From positions 1-50,209 of the forward strand of contig DAHXKV010000055.1 in NCBI GenBank assembly GCA_027366155.1: a DNA stretch of 50,209 nucleotides. The letters are read 5' to 3'. Each line of letters starts with the position of its first letter. Positions within the stretch are counted from its first letter, which is position 1. This stretch comes from Candidatus Micrarchaeota archaeon. GTDB lineage: Archaea; Micrarchaeota; Micrarchaeia; Micrarchaeales; CABMGC01. This document shows positions 19,211-26,924 of this stretch, in pieces. The notes under the pieces were generated by a model, which saw only the letters and a list, made by a program, of their open reading frames with translations, was not told where the DNA came from and searched no databases. The translations under genes were made by a program, and so were the position numbers.

Positions 19211-20485
19211 ATGATACTTAGGGACGTGGAGAGGGAAGTCATCAAGGCAGATGCGAACGGATTTGTCCTGCCCCGTTACGATGGATTCTCCCTATACAAC
19301 GTGCCGCACACCGCAACCAACATACTGGGAGGCAAACCCGCAGGCAGGATTCTTGACGCCTCGATAGGAAACAGGCTAGACACGCATGGCATAAAGAAGG
19401 TGGCCATCCTTCTCGTGGACGGCTTTGGCTATGACATGTTCGTAAAGTCAATGGGTTACGCGTCATTCTTCAGGAAGATATCGGAAAAGGGCATAATTGC
19501 CCCTATAACGAGCGGCTTTCCCTCAACCACTGCTGCCTCGATTACAACGATGAACACAGGCCTGACGCCGCCGGAGCACGGTCTGCTGGAATGGGTATTG
19601 TACTTCAAGGAGATAGGAAAGACTATAAACACGCTGCCTTTCACCTCTATGGACAATGTGCCGCTCAGGGGCAAGCACAGCCCGGAAATACTTTACTCAG
19701 GAAAGACCCTATACGAGCATCTGAACAAGGAAGGAATAAACGCTTACTCAATAATAGACAGGCAGCTTGACAAATCGGAGTACAACAACCTATTCAGCAA
19801 AGCAAAGAAGGGCATAACCCATGTTAAGAATTCAGACCTTGCAATAAGGCTCCGCGACGCACTTGAAGGCGAAAAAGGAAAGGGATACTTCTACGCATAT
19901 ATCTCAAGCGTTGACACCAGCACCCATGCACACGGCCCCCATACTGAAGAGTCGGAAGCAGAGATACTCTCTGTTTCGCATTCGATTGAAGACGGCCTTC
20001 TGGCAAAGCTTAAGCAGGAGACAGCGGAAGAGACACTACTCATGATAACCGCAGACCATGGTCACACCTTGCTGGATCCGAAGAAGACGATATACCTGAA
20101 CCGCTACAGAAGTCTTGATGCCCTCTACGCCAGAGACAGTAACGGTACAGCCATACCTCCTGTTGGAAGCCCCAGGGACGTCTTTCTACACATAAGGGCG
20201 GGCAAGCTCCAGGAAGCTGCAGATTTCCTATCAAAAAAGCTCGAGGACACGGCCGAAGTTCTAAAAATTGACGAAGCTATAGAGAAGGGCATATTCGGAG
20301 ACCAGACAAGCAAGGCATTCTCCGAGCGCGCGGGCAACCTGATAATCCTTCCTTTCGGTGGAAAGTCGGTATGGTACGAACACGTGCATGGAAAGAAACA
20401 CGAGATGATAGGGATGCACGGAGGGCTTAGCAAAGAGGAAATGCTTATCCCATTAGCAGCAGTAAGGCTCTCAGAACTGATATGA
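19211..20485 (+). CDS. Alkaline-phosphatase superfamily enzyme, type-I phosphodiesterase / nucleotide pyrophosphatase (NPP)-like
   Basis: The metal and nucleophile motifs are LLVDGFGYDMF, GFPSTTAASITTMNTGLTPPEHGL, SSVDTSTHAHG, ITADHGH and GMHGG. I see no signal peptide. Confidence 0.75.
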   Translation: MILRDVEREVIKADANGFVLPRYDGFSLYNVPHTATNILGGKPAGRILDASIGNRLDTHGIKKVAILLVDGFGYDMFVKSMGYASFFRKISEKGIIAPITSGFPSTTAASITTMNTGLTPPEHGLLEWVLYFKEIGKTINTLPFTSMDNVPLRGKHSPEILYSGKTLYEHLNKEGINAYSIIDRQLDKSEYNNLFSKAKKGITHVKNSDLAIRLRDALEGEKGKGYFYAYISSVDTSTHAHGPHTEESEAEILSVSHSIEDGLLAKLKQETAEETLLMITADHGHTLLDPKKTIYLNRYRSLDALYARDSNGTAIPPVGSPRDVFLHIRAGKLQEAADFLSKKLEDTAEVLKIDEAIEKGIFGDQTSKAFSERAGNLIILPFGGKSVWYEHVHGKKHEMIGMHGGLSKEEMLIPLAAVRLSELI

Positions 20486-20731
20486 ACTGACTATATGCCT
20501 CTGGGCAAAGCCCACCCATGGCCTAAAGAACCACTGCCCCTGCTTTCCCATGGTCTCTCATATAAATATGCTCCTCAAGCCAGGCAATTAATGGCCGCGT
20601 CCCACGCACAAGGCTTATAAATCTGAGACGCATTAAATTATCCTAATTGTAGATGCGGGCTCTGCATGGTTTTGAGAAGCACTAGCTAGCCTACCATTCG
20701 CGCTACAATCGCTAGAGGAAAAGGCTTTAGT

Positions 20732-22831
20732 ATGCGCAAGAACCAAAATGATCTTACGGACAAGGAGGTGCTTTTGGGTTACAAGAAGGCGCTTTCCTCT
20801 ATGGGGATAAGTGAGCTCATAAGACTCTTGCCTGAAGACAGCCCAGCAAATTACCAGTCCATAATAGCCGATTATGTAGTAAAGGCCATATGGTACTCAA
20901 GACAAGGCACAGATGCGCACAGGCAAAGTGCAGCAAGCCTTCTCTATGGGAAAAATTTTATAAAAAAGGAAGGCACACTGGGAGACATGATTCTTCTAAT
21001 GCAGCTTATTGAAGTTGTAGACCAGCTTGAAAAATTCGAAAAGTATCCAGTAACGGTAAATTCGCTCAAGACTCTACGCGGCACGCTGATAAAAAACCTA
21101 TTTGGAAATAGCAAATATGGCCCTGGACTGAGGAGATACAGGAACAGCACAGGTCCGTACATAACCGAACCGATGGAAAGCATGTCCAACCAACTTAAAA
21201 AAACAATTAGTTTGCTAAACACCAAGCACGAGGATCCAACTGAAGCCTTCATGAATGGTATCCAGTTCTATGCAGAATTCATAAAAATACACCCATTTGA
21301 GGATACTGACGGAAGGACTGCAAGACTGCTATACAACTGGTATGCTATAAAAAACAGGATAAGGGCCATTCATATAAGCGAAGAGTTTAAGGATATGTAC
21401 ACCGAAGTCCTTCACCCTTACTATCTTTCAGGATATATCGGCTCAGCTGTTACCTCGATGCTGCTACTTACGTTAACTCCTAGGCGGATAGACCGGCTTA
21501 AGAAACTTATGAAAAGGGAGGAAACGGATTCATTGACGATAGTGGAGTTGAAAGCACTGCTTAAAGCAAGCCTTAACATGGCAGACCCGGAAGAACTGGG
21601 AAGGGATGTGTCAAGGCTTTTTGAGGCCCGGTCAGAAAAAAAGAACTATTCATATGCAGCTCTATGGCTTTGCAACTTAACTAATCTGGATCACGAAGTT
21701 ATAAGGCGAGCCTACGAAGAAACAGAAGATCCAAAGCTAAGGGTACTTGCAGTTAACGTAATGAGCAAAATAAATTATCAAAAATATAAAGACCTAATAA
21801 TGGGATCACTACTTAAAGACCCTGACGAAAATGTGAGGGCGCAGGCTGTCATGCAGATAGGCCTGAAAGGCGATATTAATAAGATACATCCAAAAATAAT
21901 CGAATCGGAAAAAAGCGCACTTGTACTAATGACTCTTGGCAAAGCCTTGACTTTTGTTGATGGTCATGGGGAAACAGAACCAAACATGCTCCAAAAAACA
22001 ATAAAACGCCTCATGGCAGACGAAGAACCCAATGTGAGACTGAGGGGATACCAGGCATTTGCTGCAAGATCCGGGGTGGAAGAAATAACCGGTATGCTGG
22101 CTGGCGACTTCCTAAAAATTGATTCTATGCTCCAAAAAGAAGTAATTGTAGAACTGAACAGGACTAACAGATTAAACACACCACAAATATCGCGTAGGCT
22201 TTCAGAACTTGCAAAAGACGATATAACAATAAAACAACACCTGCTCGGCGAACTTGGTATTAAAGGCGTTTCAGGGAATGGATACGAGAGTTTATTCAGG
22301 CACATACTCTCAACAAACGGCCACACCGACGGCGAAAGAGCCCATGCGATATATTTGCTAGGGAAGCAAAAGGGCTATGACTACCTATGCGAGCTAAAAG
22401 AACTCCTGGGCCCTGTATACTCGAAACTCGAAAAACTGGCCGTAGCCCTTGTATATCTTGATTCATTAGAAAGCACAAATGGTATTTCCCCACCCAAACA
22501 CACGCTGAACGACATACTTCCTTCAGGATCAAGCCTAGAAATCATGGCAAAGGTGGCTCTGGCAATAGAGGTAAGCAAATCAGGGCACGACATCGATAAC
22601 AGAGTACTCAGTGTGCTCACCGAAGGCAATACAGGTTCCAATCCATTCGGCATGGTCCTTAGGGGGAGAGCCAACGGAGAAACCAACGCAAGAGCAAATG
22701 GAGGGGCAATGGAAACTATCTTTAACGAGATAGTAAGGCTATGTACTAAACACCCAGAACCATCCACTCCAACAACCACTCTACGAGCAGAAGCTCCACG
22801 TAGTCCACGTCCGAGGATGCGCCTGAATTAA
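20732..22831 (+). CDS. Fic (Fido) domain protein with a non-canonical motif, fused to C-terminal HEAT-like repeats
   Basis: The Fic core is FYAEFIKIHPFEDTDGRTARLLYNWY, with the motif at nt 21290-21325. The HEAT / PBS-lyase-like repeats are EDPKLRVLAVNVMSKI, DPDENVRAQAVMQIGLKG and DEEPNVRLRGYQAFAARSG. The tail is Pro/Arg-rich. Confidence 0.75.
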   Translation: MRKNQNDLTDKEVLLGYKKALSSMGISELIRLLPEDSPANYQSIIADYVVKAIWYSRQGTDAHRQSAASLLYGKNFIKKEGTLGDMILLMQLIEVVDQLEKFEKYPVTVNSLKTLRGTLIKNLFGNSKYGPGLRRYRNSTGPYITEPMESMSNQLKKTISLLNTKHEDPTEAFMNGIQFYAEFIKIHPFEDTDGRTARLLYNWYAIKNRIRAIHISEEFKDMYTEVLHPYYLSGYIGSAVTSMLLLTLTPRRIDRLKKLMKREETDSLTIVELKALLKASLNMADPEELGRDVSRLFEARSEKKNYSYAALWLCNLTNLDHEVIRRAYEETEDPKLRVLAVNVMSKINYQKYKDLIMGSLLKDPDENVRAQAVMQIGLKGDINKIHPKIIESEKSALVLMTLGKALTFVDGHGETEPNMLQKTIKRLMADEEPNVRLRGYQAFAARSGVEEITGMLAGDFLKIDSMLQKEVIVELNRTNRLNTPQISRRLSELAKDDITIKQHLLGELGIKGVSGNGYESLFRHILSTNGHTDGERAHAIYLLGKQKGYDYLCELKELLGPVYSKLEKLAVALVYLDSLESTNGISPPKHTLNDILPSGSSLEIMAKVALAIEVSKSGHDIDNRVLSVLTEGNTGSNPFGMVLRGRANGETNARANGGAMETIFNEIVRLCTKHPEPSTPTTTLRAEAPRSPRPRMRLN

Positions 22832-22843
22832 CAATAGCCCCTT

Positions 22844-23716
22844 ATGGTATTGAGAATGAAAATTAATGCCACTGCAAAACGCGCTTCTCGGCTGCACGAG
22901 ATGCTTAGGTCAAAGGAAGGCGTAGTCCTAGACAAGGACGGTGTCTTAATAGACAACTCCGGGCTAGTATTTGCCAATCTTCAACTTGGATTTCATCGAG
23001 CTGGCGAGCCTTTCAATTTTGAGAAGCGTTTGGTCTGGAGCCTTAACGGCATCGACAGGAGCTTTATGGGGACAAAACCGGTAATGGCATTGCTCTGCAT
23101 GAATAAACTGGCCAATATCTGCGGAGAGAAAGATCCAAACTCGCTGCTTAGAGAGATACTTTCTAAAGCTGATGCACCTCACATCCTTACCAAAATCATA
23201 AATTCGCACACTACAGAAGACGACCACTCAAAAGCAGAGGAAATATACTGGCACGACGGCGGCTCCTTCTTCAATTCGGAGGAAGGCACCAGGCACTTAA
23301 GACAGTCTTTCAGGGCAAGAGAAGCGCTGGAACGCTTGCTAGGCCTGTATTCTGGAAAAGTTGCTATACTCACAAACGCGCCGAAAAGATCCAGTGTAGA
23401 AAGAAATCTTAAAAAGACTGGCTTTGGCGAACTCACGGACCACCTTTTAATACTTACTGGAGAAGATGTAGTAAATTCAAAGCCTAATCCTGAAGGCCTA
23501 TATACAATATCGCGCAAACTCGGAATTAAGATCCCTTCCTTGTTCTTTGTTGGGGATTCGGTTACTGACATAGACACTGCAAAAGGGTGTGGAATGGATT
23601 CTGTAGCACTCTATGGCGGCGCCGGATTTCCAATACACCTGAAGAATGCACGCCCCACGGCAACGGCACTCAACGTAATGTCTGTTGCAGAGGCATCGCA
23701 AGTCAAAAGGGGATGA
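22844..23716 (+). CDS. HAD-superfamily phosphatase with a large cap insert
   Basis: HAD motif I is VVLDKDGVLID, motif II is AILTNA, motif III is SKPNPEG and motif IV is FVGDSVTDIDTA. It starts 12 nt after the Fic gene stop. Confidence 0.75.
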   Translation: MVLRMKINATAKRASRLHEMLRSKEGVVLDKDGVLIDNSGLVFANLQLGFHRAGEPFNFEKRLVWSLNGIDRSFMGTKPVMALLCMNKLANICGEKDPNSLLREILSKADAPHILTKIINSHTTEDDHSKAEEIYWHDGGSFFNSEEGTRHLRQSFRAREALERLLGLYSGKVAILTNAPKRSSVERNLKKTGFGELTDHLLILTGEDVVNSKPNPEGLYTISRKLGIKIPSLFFVGDSVTDIDTAKGCGMDSVALYGGAGFPIHLKNARPTATALNVMSVAEASQVKRG

Positions 23717-23954
23717 AGCCTACCTAAACAAACTTCTAATCCTCTCAAAGCATACAAAAAAGGACAAATCACTTTAGACAGCAACAAATGCGCGAGTTAA
23801 CAACGGAGTTTAAAAGAAACGATAACCGCGAGACCCCTAAGGCAGAATGCTGGATAGCGATGGGGAAGAAAATACAGTATCCTACTTTGTAGGCGTATGC
23901 AAGGCTCGACGGGTCTTTTTGCCTGCTAATACTGCTACCGAAACAAAGGGCTAA

Positions 23955-23962
23955 GTTTAAAT
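23955..23962 (+). promoter_or_regulatory. TATA-like box for the orphan small-ORF unit
   Basis: GTTTAAAT is centred about 26 nt upstream of the GTG at 23984. Confidence 0.35.
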
Positions 23963-24031
23963 CTTTTCAAGTCATAATAATAAGTGGAGCCAGATGACCA
24001 ACTGTCTCCAAATATACGACCAGGTGAAAGA

Positions 24032-24238
24032 ATGGAAAGACAAAAACCAGTAGCGAGCGGCGCATCAACGACAAGACAGGCAGGGCCTGCAGATCAGGCA
24101 GGTATACAGGCAAAGCCCACGTCCATCTCCCAGGCGGAGATGTGGCGCATACAGGCGGCCATAATAGGAGAAAGAAGGCCCCGTACAGTCACAGCGGCTC
24201 CCGGGTTTCTTAAGGATGGCCATCTGCTAAGGGCATAA
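24032..24238 (+). CDS. Small hypothetical protein (68 aa; 84 aa if the GTG at 23984 is used)
   Basis: GGTGA (24023-24027) lies upstream of the ATG at 24032, with a TATA-like box at 23955-23962. A perfect 9-bp hairpin follows 16 nt after the stop. The Gln-Ala dipeptide recurs five times, as CAGGC at in-frame spacings. Confidence 0.3.
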   Translation: MERQKPVASGASTTRQAGPADQAGIQAKPTSISQAEMWRIQAAIIGERRPRTVTAAPGFLKDGHLLRA

Positions 24239-24254
24239 GCAAGACAGAAAATGT

Positions 24255-24278
24255 CCGGTAGCTTTCACAAGCTACCGG
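24255..24278 (+). terminator. Perfect 9-bp hairpin followed by a T-rich stretch
   Basis: CCGGTAGCT-ttcaca-AGCTACCGG is followed by CTTTTCC about 12 nt downstream. Confidence 0.4.
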
Positions 24279-24319
24279 GGCGGGAACTAACTTTTCCTAA
24301 TGCATAAAGCGTAAATACG

Positions 24320-24327
24320 TTATACTT
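24320..24327 (+). promoter_or_regulatory. TATA-like box for the RHH-nucleotidyltransferase gene
   Basis: TTATACTT is centred about 26 nt upstream of the ATG at 24349. Confidence 0.35.
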
Positions 24328-24348
24328 GTATAGTTATCCGGTCTGGAA

Positions 24349-25203
24349 ATGAAGGAAAGACTTACTATAACGCTTGACAGCAAGCTACTAGAAAGTCTCG
24401 ATGCAACGATAGATGGAGTAAATGTGAGGAACAGGTCGCATGCCATAGAGCGCCTCCTCGACATGGTCCTTACGCAGTCTATGACAAAAAAGGCAATCGT
24501 GCTAGCCGGAGGGAACACACTGAGCTTCAAAGGTCAGCACGATGTACCTAAACCAATGCTAATGGTCAAAGGCAGGCCAATCCTTGAGTACGTGATAAGG
24601 GAGCTCAAAAGAAACGAAATAACTGAGGTGCTCATGGCAATAGGCCACGGCGGAGAAAAGATAGTATCATACTTCGGAGACGGCTCAATGTTCGGCGTCA
24701 GTATAAACTACATAAAAGAAGACACACCAAAAGGAACCGCGAATGCACTCTCCCTTGCAAGGGGCCTTGTCGGATCAGCCCCATTTTTTGTAATAAATGG
24801 GGACAACATCTTCAAGATAAACCTTAAGGAAATGTACAAACAGCATGTGTCAACTAAGGCCCTTGCTACCATATCATTAGCAACAGCTGACGTGACCTTA
24901 GGTTTCGGCGTCACACGGCTTGACGGCTTCAAAGTAACCCGCTTTCTGGAGAAGCCAGCCAATGAAAAAGGAAAGCTGGTAAGCGCCGGCATATACTTAT
25001 TCAACCCAGCCATCTTTGACATAATAGAAAAAGAAGGTGCCGCGCGCTCCATGCTTGAACGCAACGTCTTCCCGAAGCTGTCCAGCTCCGGAAACCTGTA
25101 TGGATACGCATTCTCTACGCCATGGTATCCCCTAGATTCCAAGAACATTGGAGAGAGCCTCGCCAAATTGGAAAAGATCGCCGCTACCTTTGAAAGAGAA
25201 TAA
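24349..25203 (+). CDS. Ribbon-helix-helix (CopG/NikR-like) domain fused to a sugar-phosphate nucleotidyltransferase-fold domain
   Basis: The N-terminus MKERLTITLDSKLLESLDATIDGVNVRNRSHAIERLL is RHH-like. The rest is NTP_transferase-like: VLAGG...VPKPML, VINGDNIF, FLEKP and SAGIYLF. Confidence 0.75.
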   Translation: MKERLTITLDSKLLESLDATIDGVNVRNRSHAIERLLDMVLTQSMTKKAIVLAGGNTLSFKGQHDVPKPMLMVKGRPILEYVIRELKRNEITEVLMAIGHGGEKIVSYFGDGSMFGVSINYIKEDTPKGTANALSLARGLVGSAPFFVINGDNIFKINLKEMYKQHVSTKALATISLATADVTLGFGVTRLDGFKVTRFLEKPANEKGKLVSAGIYLFNPAIFDIIEKEGAARSMLERNVFPKLSSSGNLYGYAFSTPWYPLDSKNIGESLAKLEKIAATFERE

Positions 25204-25303
25204 CCGTAATCCACCAGCAACCTGCTCCTAACGCCAGGCTTAAATATCTTAACTTATAATGTATTATCTAGTATTACTTTATCATATAAAGTATGATAAT
25301 TAG

Positions 25304-26215
25304 GTGCAACAATTGGACTTTAGAGCTACAGGTGCAAGGGAAAGGAACCATCTACGAGATAGCTGTGCAGTTCTTTCTTCGTTGCTTGAAGACGTGTACA
25401 GGGCCAAAACACACGAAACCAGGGATATTTCAAGGCCTGAAATAGTAAAACCAGAACCTGGAAAAACAGTTACCTTTTCACACTCCGGAACAGAGCTTTC
25501 TATAATCTGGAATTCTGAAAGAAAATTCAAAGATGCACCTGAAGGGTACACAATGGTTCTGTCAGAAAGCAAGTTCGCAGCTGAATGGAGGCTCGCTTCA
25601 AAGGAAGGGAGGTTCGACGATGTAAATGGGATAATCTCACCTCCGGGGACAAGATATACGGTAGACAAAAAAACCAACAGCCCCATTTACCGTGCATCAA
25701 TGAAGCCTAATGGCGCAGAAGGCAGAGCATTATGTTTCGATTCCCCTGTTGGTTTTTCTAACGGGGACGTGAAAAGGCATCTTTTTGGAGAAGAACCTGT
25801 AAAACTAATGGTGCCCTTAAACCTGTACAATCACAAGCTTGCCGAAGGGGGAACTAAAATACTGTCAAACGCAAAAAAGGATATTGTTATTGGTCCTTCA
25901 AACCAAGAGTTTTCTGCAGGAGGCCCTTTATCAAGGCAAGATTTTCACCTGCATGAGCGCATATGCGAAATTTACATCGCTTTTGGCAGCGTGAAGGTAT
26001 TTTATATATCAAAAGAAGGCCGGATAGAGTATATTGAGGAATCCGACGGAAATGCAATAGTGGTAAAACCCGGAACGCCCCACTACACCATACTTGCCGG
26101 AGAAACTCCTTCATTTGTTATGATGGGAAGTCCTCTACCTCTTTTTGGAGACAAGCATGTGGTCCTTCCGCACGGCGAGATAACCGCGCTTGCAAACGCC
26201 TTTCGTGCAAACTGA
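25304..26215 (+). CDS. Hypothetical protein with a C-terminal cupin domain
   Basis: The cupin motifs are FHLHERICEIYIAFGS and VVKPGTPHYT. The N-terminal ~200 aa are unassigned. The start is uncertain: GTG at 25304, or TTG at 25313 behind AGGTG. Confidence 0.5.
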   Translation: MQQLDFRATGARERNHLRDSCAVLSSLLEDVYRAKTHETRDISRPEIVKPEPGKTVTFSHSGTELSIIWNSERKFKDAPEGYTMVLSESKFAAEWRLASKEGRFDDVNGIISPPGTRYTVDKKTNSPIYRASMKPNGAEGRALCFDSPVGFSNGDVKRHLFGEEPVKLMVPLNLYNHKLAEGGTKILSNAKKDIVIGPSNQEFSAGGPLSRQDFHLHERICEIYIAFGSVKVFYISKEGRIEYIEESDGNAIVVKPGTPHYTILAGETPSFVMMGSPLPLFGDKHVVLPHGEITALANAFRAN

Positions 26216-26224
26216 GTGGTAACA

Positions 26225-26758
26225 ATGGCTAGTGGCAATGCTGGAAAAGGCTATTCTCTCTGGTTGATTCCTGCCAAACCTTTGTACTCAACACTAAAGG
26301 AAAAGATACTCGAACTGGGTTCCAATTACAACGCACCGGAATTTGAACCACACATGACACTTGTGGGAAATATCCGGATGGGCGTGGAAACTGCGATTGC
26401 CAATACCAAAGCACTGGCAGCCGGAATGGCCCGCGTTCCGGGAAGTTTTTCGGGACTCGGAAATTCGGAAGACTACTTCAAATGCGTATACATAGAAATA
26501 AAGAAAACAGACTATCTAATGCGCTACAATCGCGAAGCTAGAAAAGTATTCGGAACTGTGCGGCAAGGGACCTATGAACCACACATAAGCCTTATTTATG
26601 GCTGGATCCCCGCCACTAAGAGGAAGGAGATATCCGAAGGCTTACATATTGATGCAGCGCTCAAATTCCCGTTTGATGCATTGTCTCTGTATTCGACAGA
26701 GGGGCAAGTCGGCGAATGGTCTGAGGCCGCAAGATTCGTCCTCAAGCCTTCAACGTGA
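26225..26758 (+). CDS. 2H phosphoesterase, cyclic phosphodiesterase (CPDase)-like
   Basis: Two HxT/S motifs are present (EPHMTLVG and EPHISLIYG) along with an N-terminal YSLWLIP, which is the CPDase-type layout. An alternative GTG lies at 26216. Confidence 0.65.
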   Translation: MASGNAGKGYSLWLIPAKPLYSTLKEKILELGSNYNAPEFEPHMTLVGNIRMGVETAIANTKALAAGMARVPGSFSGLGNSEDYFKCVYIEIKKTDYLMRYNREARKVFGTVRQGTYEPHISLIYGWIPATKRKEISEGLHIDAALKFPFDALSLYSTEGQVGEWSEAARFVLKPST

Positions 26759-26924
26759 TGGGAAAAGACCTCCAAAATGCAAACTCCGAGCCAAAATCAC
26801 GTAAACAATGTCCTCCAGAACCCCTGCCATGCCCGGGATTATGCAGGAAAAATTACTAATGGTAATTTTAAATGCCATATGATTTATAGCCATCCAATGT
26901 GCACTACAATGCAAGTCGAATGCT

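Noticed and set aside
19211-20485. The alkaline-phosphatase-fold protein as a PglZ (BREX defence) component.
   Set aside because: At 424 aa it is too short for PglZ. It has the NPP/phosphodiesterase motif set, and no BREX partners (PglX methyltransferase, BrxC ATPase, BrxL) are nearby.
23788-23892. A 34-aa ATG ORF (MRELTTEFKRNDNRETPKAECWIAMGKKIQYPTL) in the large intergenic gap.
   Set aside because: It has no SD and no TATA box at a suitable distance, and it is very short. I cannot distinguish it from chance.
23717-24031. A C/D-box or H/ACA sRNA, SRP RNA or RNase P RNA in the longest non-coding stretch.
   Set aside because: I found no RUGAUGA...CUGA box pairs, no ACA-tailed hairpin pair and no extended GC-rich helices. 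Only short weak hairpins are present.
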